Numbered from the stretch's first letter, positions 48,272 through 57,121 are shown. The stretch is DNA of 64,000 nt from Patescibacteria group bacterium (GCA_038061995.1 JBBTYA010000002.1:83282-147281); one strand, 5' to 3'. The notes: a model not told the origin generated them from the sequence alone. Made by a program: numbers and translations.

Positions 48272-48346
48272 TAGCCCCGACGGGATTTGAACCCGTGTTA
48301 CTAGAATGAGAATCTAGTGTCCTAGACCGGGCTAGACGACAGGGCC
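48272..48346 (-). tRNA. tRNA-Glu (anticodon CUC)
   Basis: Manual cloverleaf: acceptor GGCCCUG/CGGGGCU with two G-U pairs, D-stem GUCU/GGAC, anticodon loop UUCUCAU, T-arm ACGGG-UUCAAAU-CCCGU, discriminator A. Resembles bacterial tRNA-Glu. No encoded CCA. Confidence 0.85.
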
Positions 48347-48589
48347 AGAATAATTCTTTTCACTAAGAGCTGCTATTCGCTGGGAATAATTTGTCTTTAG
48401 TAGCCGCTCTCTTTTACGAGCTTCTATGCGCGTAGGATATTTTTCAACGTGAATGATATGCCATGGCTTAAAAGCTCTTGTCGAACGAACGCGTCCTGCG
48501 TTATGAGCGACAAGCCGCTTCTCCACATCGGCGCTCATGCCAATGTAGTGCTTCTTCGACGCATTCTCGAGAATATATACGAAATACAT
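48332..48589 (-). CDS. GIY-YIG nuclease superfamily protein (YhbQ/UPF0213-like, 85 aa)
   Basis: MYFVYIL...HYIGMS...RLVAHN matches the GIY-YIG core. Its last 15 nt overlap the 5' end of tRNA-Glu. Confidence 0.75.
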   Translation of the reverse strand: MYFVYILENASKKHYIGMSADVEKRLVAHNAGRVRSTRAFKPWHIIHVEKYPTRIEARKRERLLKTNYSQRIAALSEKNYSGPVV

Positions 48590-48596
48590 TCTGTTT

Positions 48597-48639
48597 TAGA
48601 CCGGGCTACCTGCCTGCCGGCAGGCAGGGACGACAGGCC
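48597..48639. repeat. duplicated 5' fragment of tRNA-Glu interrupted by a 20-nt perfect palindrome
   Basis: TAGACCGGGCTA + CCTGCCTGCCGGCAGGCAGG + GACGACAGGCC duplicates tRNA positions 48323..48345. The tRNA-Glu copy carries one extra G (GACGACAGGGCC). Confidence 0.6.
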
Positions 48640-48698
48640 TGTCCGCCAAAGGCGGAGCCAATATGCTAAAACGTCATCTAGTATGCCACAGGGCGGGC

Positions 48699-49997
48699 CT
48701 ATGAGGCAAGCCAGTGGCCGTACTGGCGCACAAGTAGTTCTTTCGCAAGTTGAGGCTCTGCCATAATCTCTTCTACCACTTTCTCCATGCGCATCCCTTG
48801 CGAACCCTTCACCAACACCACATCCCCTTCGACGAGAAGATCCTGAACCATGAGCCGCGCCTCGTCAGCAGTGTGTGCGTACTGTACCGAACCAGCAGGC
48901 ATGTGCTTTTCGGCAACGCGGCCAATGAGTGCCGCTCGCTCGCCAACACACACTAAGCGCTGCGCAATGGCGTGCACGCTATTACCGATAGCTTCATGCG
49001 CCTCAATAGTAAACCCTCCCAGTTCAAGCATATCGCCAAGTACTGCAACCTTCCGTTGCGCTGGCACATCGCGCAATGTCTCAAGCGCCATGCGCATTGC
49101 CGCTGGAGCAGCGTTATAGGTGTCATCAATGAGCGTTGTGTTCTTAACGCCTGAGATGATACGCAAGCGGCCTGCTGGAGAAAGATACCCCGTAAACGTT
49201 TCACTCAAGGTGAGTGTATTCACATGTAAAATCTGGCCGACCGCTGCTGCGGCAGCTACTGCATAGCACGTGGTACGCCCCAGCACTCCCGGGATACGCA
49301 CTGGCACAAAGCCGCCATCGTAGTGCAGTTTACACACCATACCTTTCACAACGCCTTCCTCAATCCAGGGCGCCTCGTGAGAGAACGAAGCTGAGGCCGT
49401 CTGCTGGGAACCAAACGTGCGCACGCGAGCCTTTGTAGCAACGCGCATATCCAGCACGCGCTCATCATCTGCGTTTAAAAGCGCGTAGTCTGACGGAAGG
49501 AGCGTGTGTACTAACGCACTTTTCTCGCGCGCGACCGCATCAGGAGAACGGAAGAATTCCACATGCACTGGGATGTCTCCAATCGCCGTCACTACTGCTA
49601 TGTGCGGCTTAAAGAGCTTCACCAAACGTGAAATATCTTTTGGGCGATCCGCACTGTATTCCAAAACAAGTGCTCGCGGATACGCGGCGTTGCGAATAAT
49701 GCAGTCACGCAATGCGCTTCCGATGACGCGTCCCCAGAATCCGAGTGACGGGCCATGGTGGTAGTACTCGTCTCCCCAATCACCCAAAATAGAGAGTGGC
49801 AGCCCGATGTCATTATTCAAATTACCCGGGCTTGCGCGTACCGTCATGCGCGTGCGCACCACCGTAGCGATCGCCTCTTTTGTAGACGTTTTTCCCACAT
49901 TGCCCGTCACGCCAATAATGAGGGGCTTATAGCGCCAGATAAGCACTCGTGCGAGCGCCTTGAGAATCATTTCAAGAGTAAGTCGTTTATAAGACAT
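48699..49997 (-). CDS. murF: UDP-N-acetylmuramoyl-tripeptide--D-alanyl-D-alanine ligase
   Basis: Mur ligase P-loop GVTGNVGKTSTKE and MurF domain order. Confidence 0.9.
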   Translation of the reverse strand: MSYKRLTLEMILKALARVLIWRYKPLIIGVTGNVGKTSTKEAIATVVRTRMTVRASPGNLNNDIGLPLSILGDWGDEYYHHGPSLGFWGRVIGSALRDCIIRNAAYPRALVLEYSADRPKDISRLVKLFKPHIAVVTAIGDIPVHVEFFRSPDAVAREKSALVHTLLPSDYALLNADDERVLDMRVATKARVRTFGSQQTASASFSHEAPWIEEGVVKGMVCKLHYDGGFVPVRIPGVLGRTTCYAVAAAAAVGQILHVNTLTLSETFTGYLSPAGRLRIISGVKNTTLIDDTYNAAPAAMRMALETLRDVPAQRKVAVLGDMLELGGFTIEAHEAIGNSVHAIAQRLVCVGERAALIGRVAEKHMPAGSVQYAHTADEARLMVQDLLVEGDVVLVKGSQGMRMEKVVEEIMAEPQLAKELLVRQYGHWLAS

Positions 49998-49999
49998 GG

Positions 50000-51724
50000 T
50001 TAACGTCGTGATGGAGGTACGGTACCATAGGTAAGCAAAAATTGCATAATGCTCTTAAAGGTGGGCACTAAACTGTTTGATGCGAACGTTACCCCCTGCG
50101 GTCTATCTAATTTCAAAAGCACGGTGTAGCGCGCATCGTAGGAAGGGGCAAAACCAACAAATGTGTGGATGAAAATATTTTCGAGATACTTTCCGTCAGG
50201 CCCTGCAATCTGTGCTGTGCCCGTCTTTCCAGCGATGTCATAGCCCGCAATACGTCCGCCCGCGTCATAACCATTATCAATAACGCTCGTCAGCATCGTT
50301 TGGAGACGACTCGCCGTGCGCTCAGAGAAAGGAATGGTCACCACCTCAGGTGCCACCATCTCTTCACGAGTGCCCGTGATGATGCGATCTATGATCAATG
50401 GCTTCATCAGCTTACCCCCATTTGCTATAGCGCTAAACGCGTTCACCAGCTGAATAGGCGTCACCGCAATGCCTTGGCCGAAAGATGCTGTCATCGTGTT
50501 GATCTCGCGACCTGAATATAGGTTGGAGATATCGCCGCTCACTTCGCCTGGAAGATCAATGCCGGTTGGCTGTCCAAACCCAAGATTCACCATGTATTCA
50601 CGAAATTTCTCTGTCCCAATAAGCTTTGCAGCAAACACCGTTCCCGTATTCAACGAGAGCTCAAGTATTTGCGTCATTGTGTGCGTTCCGGGTGGCCGGT
50701 GCGTTGAATTTTTAATAACGCGATCCGCCACCTCAACAGAACCTGAGTCGTAGTAAGTTGTTTGTGGTGTCAGCGCATTTGAATCAAGCCCCGCAGCCAT
50801 CGTAAATGGTTTAAAAGTAGAACCTGGTTCAAAAATACTCTGCACTGAGCTATTCAGAAATGTTTCTGGCTTACTTGTACGATAGTCATTCGGATTAAAT
50901 GTGGGGCGATCAGCCATCGCCAGAATGCGACCCGTGCGAGGATCTTGCACAATGGCCGAGCCCCCAGCTGCCTTCCACTTGCTAATGACGGCATCGAGTG
51001 CATTTTCTACGTACGCTTGAATAGTGTGATCAAGAGTGAGCACCACATCGCGCGGCTGGTCCGACTGCTCTGCTCGCGCATTTTCACCACCAACGAGCGA
51101 GCGCAAAATGCGAATAGGATTTGTGGCGGCGAAGAAACTCTTGCGCGACAGTGAGCCCGAGAGAGCGTCCTCAAAACGTGATTCTATGCCGTATTGCCCC
51201 GCTCGCCCATAGTCATTATAGCCAACAAACCCCAAGACATCGGCAGCGAGTGTTCCACTCGGGTACTCGCGGTCAAGTGCATACGCAACGCCAATGCCAG
51301 GAAGTTCCAGATCCGTTACCGTGCGTGCCCGCTCTTCAGTGAGACGATACGGCAGCGTACGTTCTTTCCCTTCACGCGCGAGAAGGGTGATAAGAGAATC
51401 TTTTGACGCACCCGTAACGCTTGCGAGCGCGTCTGCGATGCCTTCTCGCAACTCTGGCTCCGTACTACTAGTGCGTACTACTACAAAAGGAAAACGGCGG
51501 TTCACCGCCGCGATAGGCTTAATACCTCCCGCATCTTGAAAGAAGATACTTCCTCGAGCAACGAGTGTCGTCGCTCGCTCAGATTGCGCTTTTGCCTGTT
51601 GCGCATACGTCTCATGCTGTACACCCGCCAGCACAATAAGGCGATACCCCGCAAGCGCAAAGGCGGCAATGAATGCCGCCGTCAAGAGAGAAACCCGAGT
51701 GTGTTCGTGTAAAACGCGCTTCAT
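50000..51724 (-). CDS. ftsI: class B penicillin-binding protein (FtsI/PBP2-like transpeptidase)
   Basis: N-terminal TM helix, PBP dimerisation domain, and SxxK (STFKP), SxN and KTGT motifs. Confidence 0.9.
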   Translation of the reverse strand: MKRVLHEHTRVSLLTAAFIAAFALAGYRLIVLAGVQHETYAQQAKAQSERATTLVARGSIFFQDAGGIKPIAAVNRRFPFVVVRTSSTEPELREGIADALASVTGASKDSLITLLAREGKERTLPYRLTEERARTVTDLELPGIGVAYALDREYPSGTLAADVLGFVGYNDYGRAGQYGIESRFEDALSGSLSRKSFFAATNPIRILRSLVGGENARAEQSDQPRDVVLTLDHTIQAYVENALDAVISKWKAAGGSAIVQDPRTGRILAMADRPTFNPNDYRTSKPETFLNSSVQSIFEPGSTFKPFTMAAGLDSNALTPQTTYYDSGSVEVADRVIKNSTHRPPGTHTMTQILELSLNTGTVFAAKLIGTEKFREYMVNLGFGQPTGIDLPGEVSGDISNLYSGREINTMTASFGQGIAVTPIQLVNAFSAIANGGKLMKPLIIDRIITGTREEMVAPEVVTIPFSERTASRLQTMLTSVIDNGYDAGGRIAGYDIAGKTGTAQIAGPDGKYLENIFIHTFVGFAPSYDARYTVLLKLDRPQGVTFASNSLVPTFKSIMQFLLTYGTVPPSRR

Positions 51725-51739
51725 AATGCAAAATGTCGC

Positions 51740-52069
51740 TTAACGTCGTGCGACGTTATTTGATTCAAACAAATGCACTGGCATTTGTGAAGCAACAAGC
51801 GCGTGACGCTGTGCAAACGATGACAACTGCTCTGGTTCTTCAGATGCAAAAGATTCAGCGAGCAGTGCGCCACGCTGCGCGGCGAGTGCTACCGTTTCAC
51901 GCTGCAAGTCGCCTACACGAAGTGTATGCGTCGCAACACGATTCGATTGCACAATATACAGCGCCGCACACAACACCGTTACCGTTATAAACACGATGTT
52001 GCAGCGAACAATGATGCGAGAAAGTGGTGAAAAAGGATTCGAACGACGCACGGGAACCGGAAAAGGCAT
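51740..52069 (-). CDS. ftsL: cell division protein FtsL-like (single TM plus coiled coil)
   Basis: Position between rsmH and ftsI, plus the topology. Confidence 0.6.
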   Translation of the reverse strand: MPFPVPVRRSNPFSPLSRIIVRCNIVFITVTVLCAALYIVQSNRVATHTLRVGDLQRETVALAAQRGALLAESFASEEPEQLSSFAQRHALVASQMPVHLFESNNVARR

Positions 52070-52099
52070 TCCTACCCTTCCTGGCTACGAACACATCTA

Positions 52100-52993
52100 C
52101 TACTCTGCTTTCTGAAATAACTTTAACTTTGCACTTCGCGCTCGAGGGTTTCGCTTTACTTCTTCCCATACGGGTCGAAGGGTCGCTCGCGTCACCCACG
52201 AACCTCTTCCTCCTGCAACCGCTGCCTTGAATGCTTCTCGAACAATGCGATCCTCCATGCCTTGGAAGGAGATAACCGCCAATCGTCCACCGGGATTCAA
52301 AACATCGATTGCAGCTCGAATGCCGTTCGCAACCGATGATAGTTCATCATTGATTGCAACTCGAAGTGCTTGGAACGTCTTTGTGGCACAGTGCAACTTG
52401 CGATGCCGGTACCACGCGGGAACTGCGCTTTCAATGACCCGCACCAGGTCAAACGTCGTCCGGATGGGCGTCGCCGACCTGGCACGAACCACTGCGTATG
52501 CGATTGCGTCTGCAAACTGTTCCTGGCCATACGTCGCCAGTATGCGCTCTAGCTCATCAACGGGAGCGGTATTGAGTATCCCCGCAGCCGTCGTAGGATT
52601 TGTCTCGGGCTGAAAGCGCATATCAAGCGGCTCATCACGCATAAACGAGAATCCTCTGCCACTGACTTCGTAGTGCCACGAAGAGAGGCCAAGATCCATC
52701 AAGATCGCATCGGGTGGAAATGCATTGTCGGCAACGATCTGCGCGAGATTCGCGTAGCTGTCGTTCACCACAATGATCTGCCGTGCAACCTCTGGGCGGC
52801 GTTCCGGTAACTGTGCAACCTGCACCGGATCAAGCTCAATGCCCAAAATGCGGATACCTGGGTAGTGCTCCAACACCGCTGCGGTGTGGCCTGCGCCATC
52901 AAGTGTCGCATCAATGAATCGCTTTTCAGGATTCAGATTGAGATGCGTGATAACTTCTTCTAAAAGAACTGGCGTATGTACGTGCTCCGTCAT
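52100..52993 (-). CDS. rsmH: 16S rRNA (cytosine1402-N4)-methyltransferase RsmH (MraW)
   Basis: HTPVLLEE...DATLGGAGH..SAM-binding family signature. Confidence 0.95.
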   Translation of the reverse strand: MTEHVHTPVLLEEVITHLNLNPEKRFIDATLDGAGHTAAVLEHYPGIRILGIELDPVQVAQLPERRPEVARQIIVVNDSYANLAQIVADNAFPPDAILMDLGLSSWHYEVSGRGFSFMRDEPLDMRFQPETNPTTAAGILNTAPVDELERILATYGQEQFADAIAYAVVRARSATPIRTTFDLVRVIESAVPAWYRHRKLHCATKTFQALRVAINDELSSVANGIRAAIDVLNPGGRLAVISFQGMEDRIVREAFKAAVAGGRGSWVTRATLRPVWEEVKRNPRARSAKLKLFQKAE

Positions 52994-52996
52994 ACG

Positions 52997-53431
52997 TTAA
53001 ATGCCTCCCAATTCACCAAGCTTTTCTGCAATGCGGTCAGAATTCTTCTCAAGCTCTCGCTTGGTACGTTCCCACGCATCAGCGTCCCAGATCTCCAATC
53101 GCTTGTAGAGCCCCGCCACCACAACTGACCGAGTCAGTCCGGCGTAACTCTTGAGGTGATCAGGAAGGAGTACGCGACCAAGGGAATCAAATTCCACTTC
53201 AGTGGCCCCCGAGAGCATCAATCGTGCGAACGATCGACTATCCCCTTGTGTCACTGGCAGATTTGCAATGCGCTCTGCGAGCACTTCCCATTGCTGGAGA
53301 GGAAAGACAAACAAGCAGGCGTCTACTCCTCGCGTCACAACGGCGCGCTCACCAAGCTCACGGCGAAATTTTGAAGGAATCGCAAGACGTTTCTTGGCAT
53401 CAATCGTGTGTTGGTATTCGCCAATAAGCAT
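52997..53431 (-). CDS. mraZ: transcriptional regulator MraZ
   Basis: Duplicated SpoVT/AbrB-like halves (DAKKRLAIP, DSLGRVLLP). The start is probably the Met at 53431. Confidence 0.9.
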   Translation of the reverse strand: MLIGEYQHTIDAKKRLAIPSKFRRELGERAVVTRGVDACLFVFPLQQWEVLAERIANLPVTQGDSRSFARLMLSGATEVEFDSLGRVLLPDHLKSYAGLTRSVVVAGLYKRLEIWDADAWERTKRELEKNSDRIAEKLGELGGI

Positions 53432-53523
53432 GTTTTGCGATGTAACACTTCTTCCCACTTACAACCACTACCTAGTCATTATACCCCACCGAGCAGGCAC
53501 GCAACAGCGGAAATGTGCATAAG

Positions 53524-53571
53524 TAAAAACACCCCGCGACCATTCGCCTTTTCAGCGACGATCGCGGGGTG
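53524..53571 (-). terminator. intrinsic terminator of the micro-operon
   Basis: CACCCCGCGA-22 nt-TCGCGGGGTG, followed on the minus strand by TTTTTACTT. Confidence 0.5.
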
Positions 53572-53581
53572 TGCGTAAGCC

Positions 53582-53719
53582 CTACCAGCCGGGCTGGGGG
53601 GCTTGCGCGAGCATTTCGCCCGCGCGGTACATCAGAAAGAGCAACCACCCCAACAACAGACTGGAACCCGCCAACATCAGCAGAATCCCCGTCAGTGAGA
53701 TGGACTTTCCAGGTGGCAT
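53582..53719 (-). CDS. 45-aa single-TM peptide (MPPGKSISLTGILLMLAGSSLLLGWLLFLMYRAGEMLAQAPQPGW)
   Basis: AAGGAGGG SD embedded right after the upstream stop. Hydrophobic core. Below the ORF-track size cutoff. Confidence 0.45.
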   Translation of the reverse strand: MPPGKSISLTGILLMLAGSSLLLGWLLFLMYRAGEMLAQAPQPGW

Positions 53720-53729
53720 AGTGCCCTCC

Positions 53730-54056
53730 TTACAGAGAGGAAAGGGACGGCTTCACCTTCTCCGGCACGTAGTGGAGCGCGATATCCGGTGGGACGTCGA
53801 GGTACATGCAGTCACGCGCGTCCATGGCAATGCGCGCCGCCATGAGCCTCAACTCAGTGCGGTGCGCGGGATTCGAAAAGAGATCGATGCTCGAGAGACT
53901 ACCGTAGAGCTGATCCCACTCCTCACGATCCTTGCGCAATACCGCCACCGCAGCCCGCTGTTCCCTCGTGAGCAGCTCTGTTGCCGCTTGGATGTAGCCT
54001 TCGCGCGTACACGTACGGCGCAGCCACTTTCCGAGCCTCTGCAACGCTTTCATCAT
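53730..54056 (-). CDS. hypothetical soluble protein (108 aa)
   Basis: ATGA-coupled to the upstream peptide gene. No recognisable family. Confidence 0.5.
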   Translation of the reverse strand: MMKALQRLGKWLRRTCTREGYIQAATELLTREQRAAVAVLRKDREEWDQLYGSLSSIDLFSNPAHRTELRLMAARIAMDARDCMYLDVPPDIALHYVPEKVKPSLSSL

Positions 54057-54181
54057 CGAACCCCCTGAAGAAATCGCTCCAGCAGATTGTGTTTCACTAC
54101 AATCCGCAGGAGCATGCTAAAAATTACAAGCAGGAACACGAACCTCACGTGGCGCGCGTCCCGGCGACCCCGCTCACTCAT
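54053..54181 (-). CDS. 42-aa single-TM peptide (MSERGRRDARHVRFVFLLVIFSMLLRIVVKHNLLERFLQGVR)
   Basis: GGGAGG SD 4 nt upstream. Internal Met of ORF 54053..54244. Its stop overlaps the next start. Confidence 0.4.
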   Translation of the reverse strand: MSERGRRDARHVRFVFLLVIFSMLLRIVVKHNLLERFLQGVR

Positions 54182-54200
54182 CAAGCCTCCCGAGATGAGT

Positions 54201-54229
54201 ATTATCTGATATAAATATGATTCTGTCAA
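54201..54229 (-). promoter_or_regulatory. sigma70 promoter TTGACA-N17-GATAAT (minus strand)
   Basis: Consensus -35, a 17-nt spacer and a -10 about 20 nt upstream of the first peptide gene. Confidence 0.5.
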
Positions 54230-54276
54230 ACAACAATGCGCCACCGCCAGAAGTGGCCGTGACGCATTGAAACCAG

Positions 54277-54350
54277 TGGGCGCACCTGGACTCGAACCAG
54301 GGACCTTTGCAATGTGAATGCAACGCTCTAACCAGCTGAGCTATGCGCCC
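54277..54350 (-). tRNA. tRNA-Val (anticodon CAC)
   Basis: Manual cloverleaf: acceptor GGGCGCA/UGCGCCC, D-arm GCUC-AGCUGGUUA-GAGC, anticodon arm UUGCA-UUCACAU-UGCAA, T-arm CCUGG-UUCGAGU-CCAGG, discriminator A. Confidence 0.85.
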
Positions 54351-54844
54351 TAAATACCAAGCTTGTTAATCAACTTCTCGTGTGGCCCCTCGAGAAGCAC
54401 GCGCACGAAACGATCGAACATGCCGAAGCGATACATGAACTCTTCCCTATCCATAATACCAAACTTTATTTCCTTGCCTACTTCTGACTCAAGGGCTTTT
54501 AAAAATGCAGAAAGTTTTTGTTTACTATAATCATCGGCTACTAAAAACAAGTCAGTCGGCGCATTCGTATCAATGAGCGCGCTCTGATCGGGTGTATTTA
54601 AAAAGACGCCAGAGATCACCGCGAGCTTCACGCGTCCCAATGACGCAATGCGACGCATCAGTTCGCCACGCTCTGCGGGAGATGGCTTTAAAATGAGTGC
54701 GTGCAATTCATTAAAGAACGCAAACTCTTTATTCACAGCATAGGTTGGCCCAGGCGTTATCACGCGCGGACGAACAACGCGCTTCACAACGCGTCGCGCT
54801 TTTTTCTTTTTCTTCACAGTGCGAGTTCGTTTCTTTGGGGACAT
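54350..54844 (-). CDS. hypothetical protein with a Lys/Arg-rich N-terminal tail
   Basis: MSPKKRTRTVKKKKKARRVVKR... followed by a globular domain. Its stop codon overlaps the first nt of tRNA-Val. Confidence 0.55.
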   Translation of the reverse strand: MSPKKRTRTVKKKKKARRVVKRVVRPRVITPGPTYAVNKEFAFFNELHALILKPSPAERGELMRRIASLGRVKLAVISGVFLNTPDQSALIDTNAPTDLFLVADDYSKQKLSAFLKALESEVGKEIKFGIMDREEFMYRFGMFDRFVRVLLEGPHEKLINKLGI

Positions 54845-54846
54845 AC

Positions 54847-55047
54847 TTATGAACCGTTGCTTATGCGTCGCACTAAGTGCATACTTTCAAGTGTAGAAAG
54901 TTCCTTTTTTACCACTTCTTCTGACTCTTGCGTGCGCTGTACCACGTCGCGGAACGTAAAATGCTCCGGATGTGTTCGGAAAATAAATTTTAAGATTTTC
55001 ACGCGGGCGCGCGAACCAAACAGGTTATCCAGAACACTCTTTGACAT
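54847..55047 (-). CDS. small winged-helix-like protein, hypothetical (66 aa)
   Basis: RARVKILKFIFRTHPEHFTFRDVVQ... looks like a wHTH. The start could be further upstream, since the ORF extends to 55155. Confidence 0.4.
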   Translation of the reverse strand: MSKSVLDNLFGSRARVKILKFIFRTHPEHFTFRDVVQRTQESEEVVKKELSTLESMHLVRRISNGS

Positions 55048-55141
55048 ATGGTCAGACGTTTCAGTAGAATGCAGGTAGTACGTTCTGCGCACTGAAATTA
55101 TCCCGCGCAGTCTAGCGTAGAGGACTCGAAAAGTAAACCCC

Positions 55142-57076
55142 ATGGAAAAAATCACTTTAAAGCCTATTGCTCACGAAATCTCTATCTCTGGAGCAAACCC
55201 TGAAGGCCCCGCAGATGCATTCTCCTACAGCCCCGACGAACACGACAGTACGCGCATGCTTGGCAACCTCTATGTAGTTGGCAACATCAGCCACCCTACC
55301 GATGATCTCGCCTATGCATTGAACCTCATCGCCGCGCTCGCAAAGCGCGAATATTACGCACGTCCCGGCATTGCTATTAAAGATGCCTTTTCAAACACGC
55401 TACGCAAGGTGAACGAAGTCGTCTCCGAACTTTTTGAAAACAACGGCGCGAAGATCAACATGGGGATCTTTACCATCGCCGATGGTTCGCTCCTCATTTC
55501 CAAACTCGGAAAGTTTAAACTGTTCCTCGCGCGCACGGGCGGTATTGTTGATGTGCTCAACAATGTAGAACACTTTGAAAAAGATGCGGATGCCACTGGC
55601 AGTCAATTCTCAAATATCATTTCCGGCAAAGTGCAGGAACACGATCGCCTCCTCGCGCTCTTCCCGAATCGCTCGCTCACCACGCGCGAACGCTTCGTAA
55701 AGAGTGATTTCGACAAACTCGACAAAGACACTTTTATCGCAAAGCTCGCAGCGATCCGCGAACAGAAAGACACGTTCTCCTGCGCGGCGCTCTATATCAC
55801 CGTACAAAAAATCCGCGAAATTACAGCTCCAGCGCCCTCATTTGTGCCAGAACCCCAGCAACAACAGGTTCGCTTTGCGCACGCGCCGCAACAGGAAACG
55901 CCTCCTATTTTACAGCCAACCTCGCTCGGAAGCGAAGAGACCATCCCTCGCATTATCCCCTCTGAATTCTCGTTGGGACGCAAAAAGAACCCAGCAGTAG
56001 CCTTTTTCCGCCGTCTTGGGCTCACGGAGCTCAACCCTCGCTCCCGCGCCATTGCGCTTGCAGTCATGGTCACCACACTTATCGGTGGCACGCTTTTCGT
56101 ACGTTCACTCGTTACGCCATCTGAAGAGGAAGCAGCCCTCGCAACAACCATCTCTGAAGTGCGTGATCAAATGAAGATCGCGAAGACAAAAATCAGTCAG
56201 AATGCCATCCCCGAAGCACGCACACTATTGAGCGCTTCGCTTGCATCGCTGAATCCATTTATCTCTGGCGACAGCCCAGCCACTGCCGCACAAGAAATCC
56301 GCGCCGAGCTATTTGCAGAACTCGATGCCCTTGATCAGGCAAAGCTTGCCGAACCACAACTCGCATTTGATAACAGTAAAGAAGAATCAAAGATCAGCCA
56401 CATCGCCGCACAGAATGGCCTCTACGTATATCGCTCAAGTGAAACGGTGGGCACCCTAAGCGCTATTAGTACGGGAACAATCGCAGATTCCGTTACCGTT
56501 CCCGCACAAGCAACCGCCCTCACGGGGAGTGATTCGCTCCACACTGTCATCGCTGGCACCACTGGCGCAGCAGTGAAGGGTCAGAGCGTTACTCCACTCA
56601 CGCTTTCCACTGCCCTCGCCCACCTTGAACAATTCGGAGATAACCTCTATGGCGTAGCAAACGGCACCATTATGCGTGTATCTGGCGCCTCGCAAGGCAA
56701 GGGCACTGCCAGCACGTGGCTCAAGAGTGGCGCCACACTTCCTGCCGATGTGGTAGATATCGCCATTGACGGCAACATCTACGCTGTTACCACCACAGGC
56801 ACTCTCCTTACCTACTACAAAGGTGAGCGCACTGCGGAAGTAAGCACGGGTCTTCCCGTCTCGCCCGCATCACAGCTCTTTACGGGCGTAGACCTTCCGT
56901 ATGTCTATATTCTTGATACTGAGCTCAACCGCCTCTACCTCATTGATAAAAAAGGCGGCTCGCTCTTTAAGACCATCACCTTCCCCGCAGATCACGAAGT
57001 TGTCACTGCGACGGTGCATCCGAATGGCTCACTCTTCTATCTCACCGAAGATCAAAAAGTCTGGCAGGTACAGTAA
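55142..57076 (+). CDS. bitopic membrane protein with a degenerate PP2C/SpoIIE-like N-terminal domain and a large extracytoplasmic C-terminal domain
   Basis: LYVVGNISHP, MGIFTIADGSLL and AALYITVQ resemble the second half of the PPM fold. TM helix near residue 300. Ser/Thr/Gly-rich C-terminal half. Confidence 0.6.
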   Translation: MEKITLKPIAHEISISGANPEGPADAFSYSPDEHDSTRMLGNLYVVGNISHPTDDLAYALNLIAALAKREYYARPGIAIKDAFSNTLRKVNEVVSELFENNGAKINMGIFTIADGSLLISKLGKFKLFLARTGGIVDVLNNVEHFEKDADATGSQFSNIISGKVQEHDRLLALFPNRSLTTRERFVKSDFDKLDKDTFIAKLAAIREQKDTFSCAALYITVQKIREITAPAPSFVPEPQQQQVRFAHAPQQETPPILQPTSLGSEETIPRIIPSEFSLGRKKNPAVAFFRRLGLTELNPRSRAIALAVMVTTLIGGTLFVRSLVTPSEEEAALATTISEVRDQMKIAKTKISQNAIPEARTLLSASLASLNPFISGDSPATAAQEIRAELFAELDALDQAKLAEPQLAFDNSKEESKISHIAAQNGLYVYRSSETVGTLSAISTGTIADSVTVPAQATALTGSDSLHTVIAGTTGAAVKGQSVTPLTLSTALAHLEQFGDNLYGVANGTIMRVSGASQGKGTASTWLKSGATLPADVVDIAIDGNIYAVTTTGTLLTYYKGERTAEVSTGLPVSPASQLFTGVDLPYVYILDTELNRLYLIDKKGGSLFKTITFPADHEVVTATVHPNGSLFYLTEDQKVWQVQ

Positions 57077-57101
57077 AGAAAAACAGTATGCGAACATACA
57101 T

Positions 57102-57121
57102 AAAGCCCCTTGCGGGGCTTT
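57102..57121. terminator. bidirectional terminator AAAGCCCC-ttgc-GGGGCTTT
   Basis: Lies between the convergent 55142..57076 gene and rplL. Confidence 0.5.

Noticed and set aside
48597-48660. A second complete tRNA gene upstream of the GIY-YIG gene.
   Set aside because: Only the 5' 24 nt of tRNA-Glu are duplicated, interrupted by a palindrome. No anticodon or T-arm follows.
53571-54068. 165-aa plus-strand ORF, Arg-rich.
   Set aside because: It lies antisense to a well-organised minus-strand micro-operon that has a promoter, SDs, translational coupling and a terminator. Its composition is typical of out-of-frame GC-rich sequence.
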